A DNA stretch of 63,757 bases, filler included, from Platydemus manokwari (Eukaryota), in assembly GCA_037951405.1 (NCBI GenBank). It is 6 parts of 6 records of this genome, joined end to end, with 100 filler letters (N's around TTAATTAATTAA, not from the genome) between each part and the next. Parts side by side here need not be neighbours in the genome. Positions count along the whole stretch, not along the records: positions 32,987 to 44,752 come from JBBMOY010477776.1; positions 44,853 to 54,365 come from JBBMOY011221432.1; 4 more parts are not named here. One strand, given 5' to 3'. Numbering within the stretch: the first letter of the stretch is position 1; each line of letters starts with the position of its first letter. The position numbers and the translations under genes are program-made. The notes under the pieces were generated by a model. That model was not told the DNA's origin. It made no database searches and was given only the letters and a program-made list of their open reading frames with translations. Positions 37,659-50,464 of the stretch are shown here, one piece after another.

Positions 37659-38660
37659 ATGAAAGACATTAATGATAATGCTTGCCCAATTTGTTTTGAA
37701 ATGCTTAATGACATCTTAATCGTTTCTCATAAACCCTGTGGACATGTTTTCTGTGAAAGCTGTATCAGAGAATTGGTTTTTGGAAAATTGGCGATGGCAT
37801 CTTTCGATTATCTTTGTCCGCTGGACAAAACTGCGATTTCGAATATTTTACTATTAGAGAATCAAAATATAATTTGTGAAATCGAATTGCCAGAATATAT
37901 CGAATACATTGTCAAAGTTCATAAAAATTGGTTTATTCCTGAATTGAAAATACATGCTGAGAACATGTTTAAGTTGACAATGAAATTATTAAATGATATT
38001 GAATTCAAATTCAGCCAATCAGAATTTCATTTCGATATAGATGAAAATGCCGATCCCGATAGATTATTATGTTTCAAGAAACAAAAACATCTCTCAAATT
38101 CAATACACAATGCTTACAATGTGTGTCGAAATTTTATGAAATGGGAAACTAGAGAGTACATTGAGAACTGGACCAATGTCATTTATAAAATGTGCGACGG
38201 GTTTAGAGTGGTTTGTTATATGTATCGATTTATTGGAACTCAACTAAAGAAATTAATTCGAACTCCACAAGCTTTAACTTTAGCAGATTTCAAAAAATTA
38301 GTTGATGAAGAAATCGTTAATATCAGATGGAGCATATTTAATTCAGTGAATTATTTAATTACAAACGTGTCGGATTCACTTTCGGTCTATCAAGCCATCT
38401 TTCCTTCAAGGAACGAAAATGAAGAATTTACATGCCTTATCTGTCAAGTCGAAATCACTGGGATATTATTTGCCGCTTTTCCTCACTGTTCTCACAAGAT
38501 ATGTCTGGAATGTGTCGAATGGTTTCTGATTTCTATTTGTCGATGTCCTTTCGAAGGAGATATTATTTATTGTCTAAATCTGGTTTCAATGAGTGACAAT
38601 GTTATTGTTAGTACAACAGAAGATTATTTAGTGGCGAAATACATGCCAAGAAATGACTAA
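37659..38660 (+). CDS. Intronless double-RING-finger protein (putative E3 ligase), paralog A, 333 aa
   Basis: RING1 CPIC..CGHVFCESC..CPLD; RING2 CLIC..CSHKICLEC..CPFE. Same architecture as 56372-57931. Confidence 0.85.
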   Translation: MKDINDNACPICFEMLNDILIVSHKPCGHVFCESCIRELVFGKLAMASFDYLCPLDKTAISNILLLENQNIICEIELPEYIEYIVKVHKNWFIPELKIHAENMFKLTMKLLNDIEFKFSQSEFHFDIDENADPDRLLCFKKQKHLSNSIHNAYNVCRNFMKWETREYIENWTNVIYKMCDGFRVVCYMYRFIGTQLKKLIRTPQALTLADFKKLVDEEIVNIRWSIFNSVNYLITNVSDSLSVYQAIFPSRNENEEFTCLICQVEITGILFAAFPHCSHKICLECVEWFLISICRCPFEGDIIYCLNLVSMSDNVIVSTTEDYLVAKYMPRND

Positions 38661-39830
38661 AGAAGCTTCTGCTATGGTGATATGGATGATTTAACTTGTA
38701 TTGATCGACTGCTCGTTCACCATTAAGAAATGTAAATTATATCTTGAGAATCCTAAGACTTTCATTTAATATATTATGATGATTACATAAATTTATAGAG
38801 ATGGTTTAATTGATCAGAGTATTATTCATCATTCCTTAGAGAATACAGATTATTAACAATTCACATCTGTTTTTAAGCAAGTGTACTGTTTCTTGTGTTG
38901 AGGCTAAATCAGTAATCAATTGTGAGTTCAGTATCACATGATAATTCAGCATTTTGTTTATTATTTAAAAACATCGCTATTTTGTTATTTCAGGCAAGTT
39001 GTGAAACATAATTTTCATTGATATAAATTTTTATTCGTTGTGTATAACTTTCAAAGGGTTACTGCGCACAGGCATGATATACACACGTTTCAATAATCAT
39101 TCAGATGTCCTCAAATTTTCAGACTCTGATTGGACTTCGATTGATGCACACAATCAACAGTAGATGAACATCTAAATATGCCAATGTCATTGAAGATAGA
39201 AGGAAATTTGTAAATAGATCAACACGCACAACAAATTCATAAAACGAGTTGAATATCGAGGGAAAATATCAGTCTTTTGGGATTCCCAATTTTTGTCATT
39301 ACTTTTGTGTTTTCAGTGCTGAACCAATTGTTATTTGACATTTGAATTTTGAAACTTGCTTTTTGGAGGAACTTCATAATTTCTAAGTGTTGTGGGATGA
39401 CAATCTTATTGAATTTTTACGAAATGTTATTTTATAATTATAACATTGATTATTCGCCCTGACTAATTCTCATAGCTGAATCATCACTCTCAAGATTTAC
39501 TCAACACATTTATTGACTCTCATTATTAAAGTTATAAAAAATTGAGTCGAATGATATTTTTTAAAAATTTACCAGTGATCATTTATGTTGTACTGTGATA
39601 AGTAATTTTATGATATTTCATTTAATATTGGTCCAAATCGTGAGATTCAGACTACCAGTTGATTGGCAATTATACATACACACTCGACACACTCATATTT
39701 CACAGTTAAGCCCATCAATTATAAAAAATTTTTAAAAATTAATAATTTCACGCTTATTACAAATTAACACTTATCATTTCAAAGTTAATCATTCAACAAT
39801 ATTAACAAACAGACTTTTCAATGGAGCAAA

Positions 39831-41210
39831 TGTTATGGGGCCCCTTAACAACTGGTCACGTGAACGGAGTGATTTCCAATTGTTAATATCACGAAGAGCA
39901 AAAAATCAAAAATGATATAAGAGCATAGATTGGTAGATGCAAATCGATATATCAGAGATTACCAAAGGAATTCCGCAAACATTACAAAAAGGAAGAATAG
40001 GAGAACCACATACACTCCAAAAGTTAAGAACTCATCAACAATGACAGAACAGTATTTGACACGGAACGAAGAACCTCGTGGGAAATACAAGCAGAATATT
40101 GGAATACTCGAATCAGAACAGTGAACTTACCAGCGTAGGTAGCCATGGGAAAAAGAACCACTTCAGAGCATCCCAAAAATGAATACAACTCAACTGTAGT
40201 AGATATGAAGCACAGGAAGTTATTCGTGAAAACGAAGCTGAGTCATAATGAAATCAAGGAAATAAAGGTATTCTTCGATGCAGAATTCACAGTCAGGAAC
40301 GCAACATGACTCCAGACTCCCAGTAATCAATTATAACAGTAAGACCTTGAATGGATGCCAGAATAACACCAAGGCAGTGAGTTGTTGATTTTGTAGAGAA
40401 ATATCATGGAATACAAGTTAAACACACAAAGAATTGTCAGGACGAATATGAAGTTATTAAAGAAGTGCAGGAATTACTGAAAGCGAAAATCTTGGTAGAT
40501 CACGATGTACAAATGGAATTCAAATATTTAGCTCTAAAAGTCAATCAACTAATTGGTGTTCAAGAATCGGCTGCAGCCTTTGTGTTCAGACACTTCAACA
40601 TCATAACCAAAGGCCATTGTAAGTATTAGCAAATCAGATTGCTAACCAGGTCATCCAGAAAGCAACTCATTCCACTTTAGAGAACGCAAAACTGCAAGAT
40701 CTGTATATAAAAGATCGAAGAAAAGTGGATCGATCTTCATGCACCAACAAAACCACAAGATTATCACTTTACAAGATTATCATCACAGGAAATCGAAAAG
40801 ATTTAAATGGTGAGCCACCAGAGTGCTCCAAGGAAAATGAAATAGTAATCGATAGCGAACACGCTAGCAGAAATGGAACAATAACTGCGCAGAATTTCGC
40901 CGAACAAGAAATATTACATTGGGAAGTAATTAATGACACAAACGACATATTCAAAATAAGCACAGAACAGGTCGTAATGATTGCTAGCGAAATAAAATCT
41001 GAAACAAATGATTATCTGGAACACAGTAGGCTACAGGAGACAGAGAACATTCAACAAGAAACTAAAAAGGTAGTAAGAAATCCGAACATGTCATGGGATT
41101 CTGCGACAGTATTCAAAATATCTACGACAGCCATGATTTAAAAGCAGATGACGAAGACATGATAGTCAACTATAAAGATGAACGAAAAAAGGATAAGAAG
41201 AAAATAGAAG
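39831..41210 (+). pseudogene. Decayed element containing REX4/ISG20-like DEDDh exonuclease domain (~40264-40730)
   Basis: KVFFDAEFTV ... TPRQ*VVDFVEKYHGIQ...EVIKEVQELLKAKILVDHDVQMEFKYLAL ... LANQIANQVIQKATHSTLENAK. Contains stops and frameshifts. Preceded by TGTTATGGGGCCCCTTAACA-ac-TGG. Confidence 0.75.
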
Positions 41211-42204
41211 TGGCGTATTAACTGTAATTTATGTTGTGATTAGACGCTTAGACTTACGAAATAAATTTTTTCATTTTATATATAATTACTGGCTTGTTGC
41301 TTTAAGAAATAATAAGGACATTTTAATTCAAAGCCTCTTGCCAATACTGTTAGTGTTTTAGTTTTCAAAGTCTCAAATTTAATTAAATAATCTGTAGTAA
41401 TTAGAAAGTAAACTTCTTACAAAACCAGATATTCGTTGAGCTGTCCTAGAATATCTTTCATATAACAAAACCCAATTGGGAATTATTAAGCGCAATAACA
41501 ACATCTCTATAATATGATTATTGATAATAATTTTAGACGAATTTATACACAACACTGATACATTGGATAATAATAAATGAATGATAAATAATTGATACTA
41601 CGTCAATGTTATTTACTTTCATGGTAATTCGTTACACTGAGTATCAGCTTAGAAGGTTTTTACTAATCACAACTGTTATATAAAACCATTCTAATTGCTG
41701 ATTACTGTGAATAGCTTATTTCTCATTAATCTTAAGCGATTATTTCGAATTAATTTTCTTTATAACAAAACTATAATTTTGAAAAGAATAAATTCAACAT
41801 TATTCACGAGATAAAAATTTGAAGTCGAAAATTAATTAAATAAATCATCCATTGGTTTTTTTTAAAAAACTTAATATGAAAGCGATATCGAAAATTATTT
41901 ATTGATTACTTTCTAAATACAGATGACCTTAAAATAAAATTTATATAAAACTTAAGGATAGTAAATGAAATTGGTAGATTTTTATAATTTGAATCACGCA
42001 ATTCAATCGTGTGTTTAGAAATAAAAATTAAGAAAATCTAAAATAGAATAGTTGTTATTCAATTAAAACCTATGTCAAACGACGAATCATCCCCGTTGCG
42101 ATGGTGGCGATTGATTTTGATTAACAGAGTCGTTTGCATCCCACAGCCCTTTAAATATTTGCATGCCTACACAACCTTACAGGCAGAGCAATCAACCAGT
42201 CACA

Positions 42205-42440
42205 CCGGAGTTAGACGGTAAATGATAATTGGATAAACGGAAATAAACACACAACAACACAACCATAAGAATAGACCCAAATTAATGCAAAAACTAATAA
42301 ACCTAATAAGAACATAGAAAACCAAAGATCGAATCAAAATGTGATGCAAACATGACACGAAAATTACACTCAGATCTCGGGTATAAAAATCAATGTAAAG
42401 ATGGCCAACTGTCAGTTGAAAGCCATCTTTTGTTATTTTC
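42205..42440 (+). repeat. Dispersed repeat, probable LTR (copy 2)
   Basis: Homologous to 28840-29065. Confidence 0.7.
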
Positions 42441-43977
42441 TTGAATTAAGTGAAAAAGACTCCTAGTATTTGGCTTCAGAAATTAATCAATTGTTCAAAA
42501 GTATCACAACGATATCTATTAATAGTATGTTGTGGTTTCCAATTGCATGTGATTGGTAGTTGGATTATTAATTCATTGTGATTCAAATTATAATTTTCAA
42601 CATTCAGCGTCAATTAATAGTCTAGAATATACAAAAATCTAATTAAATACGCTTGTATATGAAAAATCATTTATATTTACAAGCAGAAAATTTGATACAC
42701 TAAAAATTACCACATACCGTTAGTACCGGTGAAAGAGAAATAAATACAGAACGTAAAGAAATGACAGAGAAGTAAAGTAATAAACCAATTTGAAGATGAC
42801 TGACATGGTAATTTTTGAAAATTAGCATACATTTATATTGAATAAATGTGAAATAAATTGTAAGCACCTAATTAGTCAGTTCTTCATTATTAACTAGAAA
42901 ATTGCAATATTTATTTTAATAATATCACAACATTCTTTAGGGCAGAATTACGGTTTTATTCCTTTAATTAAAAGGTTAAATAATGTGCTTCTTATCATAT
43001 TTGTAAAGCATCCTAAGTTTTATAATTGAAATTGCATGATAAATCTTGAAGAATGTACACATTGATAAAAAAAGTGCATGAGTACATTAAATAATGTAAT
43101 TCTAAACTTAATTTTTAATTAAAATTTTAACGTCTGTTGGATAAAATTATTTGCAATAACCCATAGAAAGCTTAATTATTGGAAAACAAGGAATGTTTTA
43201 ATAAGTTACAGACATTTCCCATGTTAATTGACCTTCAAAGCATTTATCCAAATCTCTTGATATGAAAATATCTAATTATTAAAAAAATTAGATAAATCAA
43301 ATTTTTTATTTGACTGATAATCTCTATAGGCAAATTACGCAATAAAAAGTAAACAAATATTTCGTAATTTGAAATTTCCAACAAATCGTTTAAATACTTC
43401 ATTGACTTCATAATGATTGATTGAAATGTCTTGAGATCATTTTTTTTAAATTTAAATTAATTTATGATTATTAAATTTAACGTTTACAATGCTCTAAAAT
43501 ATGAATTGTTAAAATAAACATTCATTGTTATAATATTTATAAAATCAAGTTATTCGCATAATTTATTCTTTAATCACAAAACAATTTATAAATGAAAAAT
43601 GTTTTTATTTCTAGAATAGAATCATATAATATTTCAAATATATACTTATTATAAAACATCTTAACAAAAATTATTGTTTAGTAATCAAATCAACTAACTT
43701 ATTGGCTAATATGAACGAAAGAAGTACTCAAATTAATTATTATTCTACCAAAAAAAAGAAAATAATCGCAAAACATTTAAGTTTACGATGATCATTAATT
43801 TTTTAACTGTACAAGAGCCAACAAGAAAATAATATCAAAATCGTAAATAGTGAACTTTTGATGACTATCTCCACACAAACTATGCACTTCTATCTTCACT
43901 CTGTACTCTAATTGACAAAAAGAAACAAATTATAATTACAAAAGAAAAATAATGATAGTGTGATAAAACTTTTCAAG

Positions 43978-44536
43978 TTATATTTCAAAATCTTTTGGTG
44001 TTTTAGGAGAAGAATCACCTCCATCATCTTTGTGAAAATCATAATCAACAACATTAGGGAACTCTGTGGACTTCTCAACGTCATCTTTCTTGTTATAGCA
44101 ATCTTTTGTATGACCTCTACAATGCTCAGTTGCCACTTTAGATATATTTTTTTTCTTATGCAATTTGTATACTCTATGACCGTGTGTATCGTGGCAACAA
44201 TCGATATCATATTCTGATTCTGAACTAGAGCTACTCGATTCATCAAACTTCTTTGGCCTTTCGTATATGCAGCAGCATTTGGACTTTTTCTTTCCCATAT
44301 GCTCATTATCAATTGTTCCTTCTGCCCACTGTAATTGTCTTCTAGTTCGTTCAGTTGGATTACGTAAAACAAGAGTTAAAGGCTAGAAAAAAATTATTAA
44401 AATATAAATTAAACATCAACGTTATTAAAATTGCTTGAATTTTCTAGTCAAAAATTTTACAAAGAACAACCTGGGGATTAACTTCATGATTTATAGTTAT
44501 TGTCTGAGTTTGATTAGCAAACATATTTTCGGCCAT
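43978..44536 (-). CDS. PPP1R11: Protein phosphatase 1 inhibitor-3 (PPP1R11/Ypi1), 2 exons, 156 aa
   Basis: Exon 1 44536-44471 (MAENMFANQTQTITINHEVNPQ), 88-nt GT-AG intron, exon 2 44382-43978 reading PLTLVLR...RRQLQWAEGTIDNEHMGKKKSKCCCIYERPKKFDESSSSSESE, the hallmark Inh3 motif. Confidence 0.95.
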
Positions 44537-44752
44537 CGAAAATTTATTCGATATATTTGTTAAACAAATTTAAAATAATTCTGTAATCATATTAAAAAAA
44601 CAAAATAGTTTTATTAAAATTACAAAATTTAGAAATGTGTTTAATGTTAAATTTGTATTTATCAATATTTGTTTTTAAGAATTTGTGAAATTAACTCTGA
44701 GTTTATTGAAAAACTAAAATGAAGTTTAATTAAAATAATTTCTTTTTTAAAA

Positions 44753-44852
44753 NNNNNNNNNNNNNNNNNNNNNNNNNNNNNNNNNNNNNNNNNNNNTTAA
44801 TTAATTAANNNNNNNNNNNNNNNNNNNNNNNNNNNNNNNNNNNNNNNNNNNN
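44753..44852. other. Artificial contig spacer
   Basis: 44N + TTAATTAATTAA + 44N. Confidence 0.98.
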
Positions 44853-44874
44853 ATTATTATTATTATTATTATTC

Positions 44875-44926
<52 letters not shown>
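44853..44926. repeat. (ATT)n microsatellite at contig start
   Basis: Directly visible. Confidence 0.95.
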
Positions 44927-47900
44927 CGTCATCATCCGCTACATTCATCTTCATCATCACAGTTTTTCATAATTAATTTATGCCTGCTCCCCAATGTCAT
45001 TTTTAAACCAGATTATTATTCTCTTAGTTGACTCCACTTATAGCGTATTACCATAGATTAGATTTGTGACAGTAATAATCGCGGGTATTTCCAATATTGA
45101 TAATACAACTTGCGTGGGCGGTTTTAAGACAATATTTGATGTCACATTTTGAATAGTTATTGTCTCGTGTTTTAATGGATGAGGAAATTCGATAGAATAA
45201 TTGGAAAGGTTTCTCATTTGATGGAGATGGAAAATCTACATCAACGTTTCTTTTTTTATCTCTGTTATCACTTCAGATATGTTGGTCAATTTAAATATTT
45301 GAATCTTGAGAACAAAATATATTGGCATACGATCAACTATATTTTACCCACAAATGATTATATTCATTTTACCAGAATTTACATGAAAACAATATATTTC
45401 CTAAGATCTCGTCTGACAGCGTTCCAGTTATTCGTGATGTGATAAAAATCGTTACACTTGAGAATCTATCTCTAGTGCACAAACCAAAGACACAAAATCA
45501 AGATAATAGCAAATTTATCATGTATTTTTTTAATAAAAATCACGTGTACTTATCGTTCAAGATATCGGCGATACATTTGTCGATTATGATCATTAAATGA
45601 GCCATTATATTTTTAAATAACCAATAAAGAATTTACGCACCAATTTGAAAAATTCATCAAATTAAAAATCCATAGCATTATTGTTGGGTTGGTTATTCCA
45701 ATTATTTTATTATAAATACTTATTATTATTATTATTATTATTATTATTTTATAAATAATATTAAAATGAAAAAATTCTATTGAAATTAGAAAAGACAAAC
45801 AATTTTTTATCTCTTTTTAAAGTAAAGCATTTTTTGTGGGAGAATATTATCCAATTAGTAATTGGATGATATGGTTTCGATTGAGTTTTGGTACCGACTA
45901 TGCGTGAATGTGTGGTTTTTCTGTGGGAAATGGGAAATAAATATCCTCTCGATATCAATAAGGGAAAAAATAATGAACAAATGTGGGGAAATCATCTAAT
46001 TATCGTTAATTCAATAAAGTGCAGCTCCATAAATCGATTAAAAAATTTGTATATATCAATCGATAATACAATAATTCCTTTTGAAATTTATTCGATGAAA
46101 AAGAGAAAATAAAATAAGTTATCGTTCCATTCATTTTCGTCGTTGTTGACGAGAGTTGGTTGGCTCATGATAAATCTAATTCTGTTTGATGGTATTTGAA
46201 GTAGTATTTTTTTCCAATAATTTATCCAAAAGAAATATGTCTCCGTTCCAAAAGATGTCTCATTGTATGAATCGGATTTCGTAGTGCTTACTTCCGTATT
46301 ATTGGTAGATTCAAATCCACAACCATTCCACTTGCAGACACTTTCATTTATCACTTGACATTGAACACCAATTGTAATTACGTTTTGGTTTCATATCAGC
46401 ATATCATCTCAAATAATAATTACTACCATAAATAAATCATCAAAAAAATATTTCACAATTGATATACTGATGATGTGATTTCGCTATTGTTTCTTAAATA
46501 ATGACATTATTCTACTGTTATTGATGAATTTGGTGTTCATATCACGATTATCAAATGTACTTCGCTGCTTTGTCTATTCTATTATCCACACACACACAGA
46601 CACAAACATACACACTGACGCACCCATTGTTTCGTTGTACTAATTTTTTTCATGACAAGCAATGTTTGGAAAAGAAATTGAGATTAATTTGAAATTTAAA
46701 TCGATTGTAATAATATATTAAATCAATTCGTATTTTTATTATATAAGTTACATTCAGCCATTTTAATTGATATTAGAAATGAATTTTGGAAATTCCAAAT
46801 ACAAATAGTTTACCAATGGCATTTTTTCTCCATTTCAATTAATGAACGAATTCTTGGCTCAGAAAATCAAATCGAACAAACCGAAGAACAAAATATCTCC
46901 ATTTGAAAATCGTATTCAGTATTTCGATGTATTGATATTCAAATGAAATGACACAAAATGCTTTCGTCCAGAATTCGATTGATATTTTATCGATGGCGAT
47001 TATTATTCCATTTTTAGATCAGAATTTCTGATAAGCGCACATCATTTCAATTAAGTGAAAATGGGGTCAAGTAGTTCAAAAATCTCTTTTGATCCGATCC
47101 GAATCGGTTGATGATCGATCGGATAATGAGTTCAAAAAAAATATGGTTTTTTTTTCTAATTAACAGAAGATTATTTTTTAAATTCAGTTTGATTGAGAAT
47201 TCTAATATCAATTAGTTATTTGATGTTGAGTTTGGTTTTAATAGCTTAATGCATATTTTAGAAGTTTTTATTATACGAATATTTCTAAATTTTATACTAA
47301 AAATCACGATTCGGTCTATCAATGGCATTTAAATGTTAGTTGTGCTATGACATATTTTATCAAATCGGTGGTTTATATTAATGAAGCGAAATTCGGCAAA
47401 ATTAAAATTATCTTGATGTATATGGCAATGAATGAATGATACTGTTTCAGACAGAATATAAGACGGGTCCATCTATGACACGAATCAGCATATTTTACCA
47501 ATAATGCGGAATGTTAATCATTATTTTTGTATCTAAGATTGCTAGAAAATTCCTGACAATCGAAATGTCCCTATATAAGTCGACTATTGTTACTTGATAA
47601 TATATCTTGAAAAGATATCTCGTAATATATTCGAGTTGATATGGTAAAGAGAAAAAGATGCATTAGAAGAAATTTGTGCGAATATATGACTGTGTAATCG
47701 AATATGTGTATATATATATGTGTGTGTGTGAATTTGGTGTCGATGAATGACTCATACAGGAGTGGAATGCAAATTATTTAAAATATTCTTCTGTGTTTAA
47801 ATTATAACAAATATTTACTTTTTACAAATTCGTAATAGCGAAAAATTCGTCGTTTTTATTTTATAATAATAATACAAATAATTTGATGAATTCTTAGAGA

Positions 47901-48734
47901 TTTTTAATTTTCTTAATTGATAGGATTTATTGATTTTTGGTTCTGGTATTGTCATTCATACGATGATGATGATGATGATTTCTTGAGATCTTTATCATTT
48001 ACCAATGATTGTTTGCCATCAGTGAACAATGTTTTGAATTTCCTATTTTTATAAAATAAAGAAAAACAATGGAAAATCAAATAACGTAATTGAGCATGTT
48101 GTCAAGTGGGAGTAAGGGAAAGTTGAATTCATTGAAACAAAATGATGTCTGTTTATTGTTGTTGATGTTGTTGAATTCTGATGCAAATATTGATGGGTGT
48201 TAATGGGATTTTGAATTAATTAAATGATCATTGGTGTGTATTTTATATTTATGGTTTTGAAAGGAATACGAGCGAATTTCTCTCATCACGAAAAAAAATT
48301 ATTGCCGTTCTTTTGTGATGAAATCTGAAGGTTACGTAGTTCCGGTAATTAGTCTAGACTCTCAAGTAATTTGCAGTGGTTTACAAAACAGAAATTTTTG
48401 AGATTAAAAGTTTTTTCTCTAATTTTAAACAACAGATTGTTTCTTTTTGTGTTTTAATTAATTAAAAGTTTTTCTTTATATCGATCACATTATATTTGTA
48501 AATAAATGCAAAATACATTTCTAAGCCCGAGATATCTTTCGATTTGAATTAGATGTCGATAAGTCGTTAGTTTAATTCAGATTATTTTGATATGGAACAC
48601 AAATGAAGTTACAACGCAATCATACAGCTTGCTGTTAAATTATAATCAATACGAGTTTGGAGGATTTTAGAGTGATGATGATGATTTCTAAAAACCTTTA
48701 TATTTTTAAATAAAAATTATTAATTTGTTTAAAT

Positions 48735-49390
48735 TAGTGGTTTTCAACTAGGGTTCCATCGGTAAACTCTAGGGATTCCGCAATTTCTAAATTTCTGAAT
48801 TAGAACAACGAACAAATCAACAACATATTAAATTCAATTTCGAAAATATATTTTATTATTATTATTTTTATTATTATTTTTCATTGTTTTATTATTATTT
48901 ATTGTTTAAATATACTAAATTTAACATAATTAAACTCGTTACATTTGAAAGATTACTTTGTCCTACTACTATTTGGCTTGATTTTATATATTTCGGTTTC
49001 TCGTTAAAGGATAATACCCGGAATTGATCAGAAAGCGCTACGCCTTCTTGTGCAATTTTCAACCTCATATTTGTGTGAATTTGGATTTTCAGCTCTGATA
49101 ACTATTAAACACAAGAAACGAGTACAATTTCTGTCTGTGAAAGATGAACGTCGTGTGCGTCATTCAAAACACAACCGAATCTTAAAAAGTTATGCAAGAA
49201 ACACCAGGTTCAAATTTCCCACTGAGTATTTGATAAGAATAGTTTTAGTCTATTCAAACATGTACGATTTTGTTTTCATTTCATCAACAAACATGTATAA
49301 TACGCTAAACATAAATACTGTTATATCAGTTTAAAAAATAAATGCTGTTTTCTGCATAAAACAATTAAGTTGTTGCACAGTAGTTCCTCA
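48735..49390 (+). mobile_element. hAT (Buster-type) non-autonomous element, second copy, right end lost
   Basis: Colinear with 13825-14378; left TIR TAGTGGTTTTCAAC. Retains a longer transposase C-terminus LLVQFSTSYLCEFGFSALITIKHKKR (cf. LLPF.TTYLCE.GFS.L..IK.K.R). Confidence 0.9.
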
Positions 49391-50049
49391 AATAATTGTT
49401 CTTAGATATAATTTTGTGTCATCACGTTTTAGTGCCGTTTTCAATGCGTGATTTGTTAAATAGTAGCAACGTACACAGGTAAAATATCGATGAGATCTAA
49501 TTCACCAATGAAATAATTGTGTTAAGGTTGATACCACTATCTGTTCTATTGTTATGGGTAAAAGGACTACAAAGCCTTTTTATTTATAGGTTTGTTGTAA
49601 TGCTCTTAATTAATTTGTAAAAAATCGATAACATACTTTAACGGTGATTGTAATTGGGTTGAAAAATAATCATGTAAATAAGATTATAAAAGTATTGATT
49701 GGTGTTCTAAGTAACAGGGATTGTTACAATCTTGAGGCCAGGCTGCTTGTTATATAACAGTAAAATTGATAAAATATATCGAGGAATCTGAATTGCTAAA
49801 TGAGCTTTGAAATAGTCCTGGTACGATTCCAAAATGTATTGTAATGAATTAACTTTGAAAAAGTGGTGATAATTATATATTTAATGATTTATCGTTAAAA
49901 CTTTGCTAGCTGCTACTATTCGAGTGAAAATCATTTTAAGTAATTCAACACCCAAAAGCACATTTAACCGGATTATTCAAACAAATTATTTTAAAAATAC
50001 TTTTACTCAATTATTTTATTTAAAATGATTAAAAAATGGATAAACTTCA

Positions 50050-50464
50050 AAAGTGACTTCTTAGTTCGTTTTCAATGCGTGTTCCATAAAATGATAGCAG
50101 CTTACATGGCGTCCACGACAGGACTCAATTCAGACAAGATCAATGACTGAACATTATGGAAAGAAAGAATAAGATATTGAGAATAGATAAAGAAGCTGTG
50201 GAGAAAATATTACGAAGATACAAATAAGGATATAAGGTTCATAGAACCATTAGAGATTTTTATGTCAATAAATATATGAAGTATTCGATACAGAGGCGAT
50301 TAAGAATACAAATACAATCAAAGATTTTAAATGAATTAAATTTGTAAAGATTTGATTCAAATATTATATAAAATTATATTAAATTGTCTATATAATTATA
50401 TTTTAAAATATAATCTGATGCCGTGATTTTTAGTTCGTTCTTTATAATATAGTAGCGGCTTACA
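50050..50464 (+). mobile_element. TRIM-like small LTR element
   Basis: Direct repeats end ...tagcagcttaCA (50106) and ...tagcggcttaCA (50464); PBS-like TGGCGTCCACGACAGGACTC at 50107. The left boundary is approximate. Confidence 0.6.

Noticed and set aside
43908-44372. ORFs 43908..44372 (-) and 43960..44217 (+)
   Set aside because: Alternative-frame and antisense shadows of PPP1R11 exon 2.
33319-44536. Functional PP1 cluster (Rb with PP1 motif plus Inhibitor-3 on one contig)
   Set aside because: Two convergent genes ~10 kb apart with TEs between; no evidence of co-regulation, so likely coincidence.
45179-46354. Several 60-90 aa ORFs
   Set aside because: No motifs, overlapping on both strands, no convincing splice chain.
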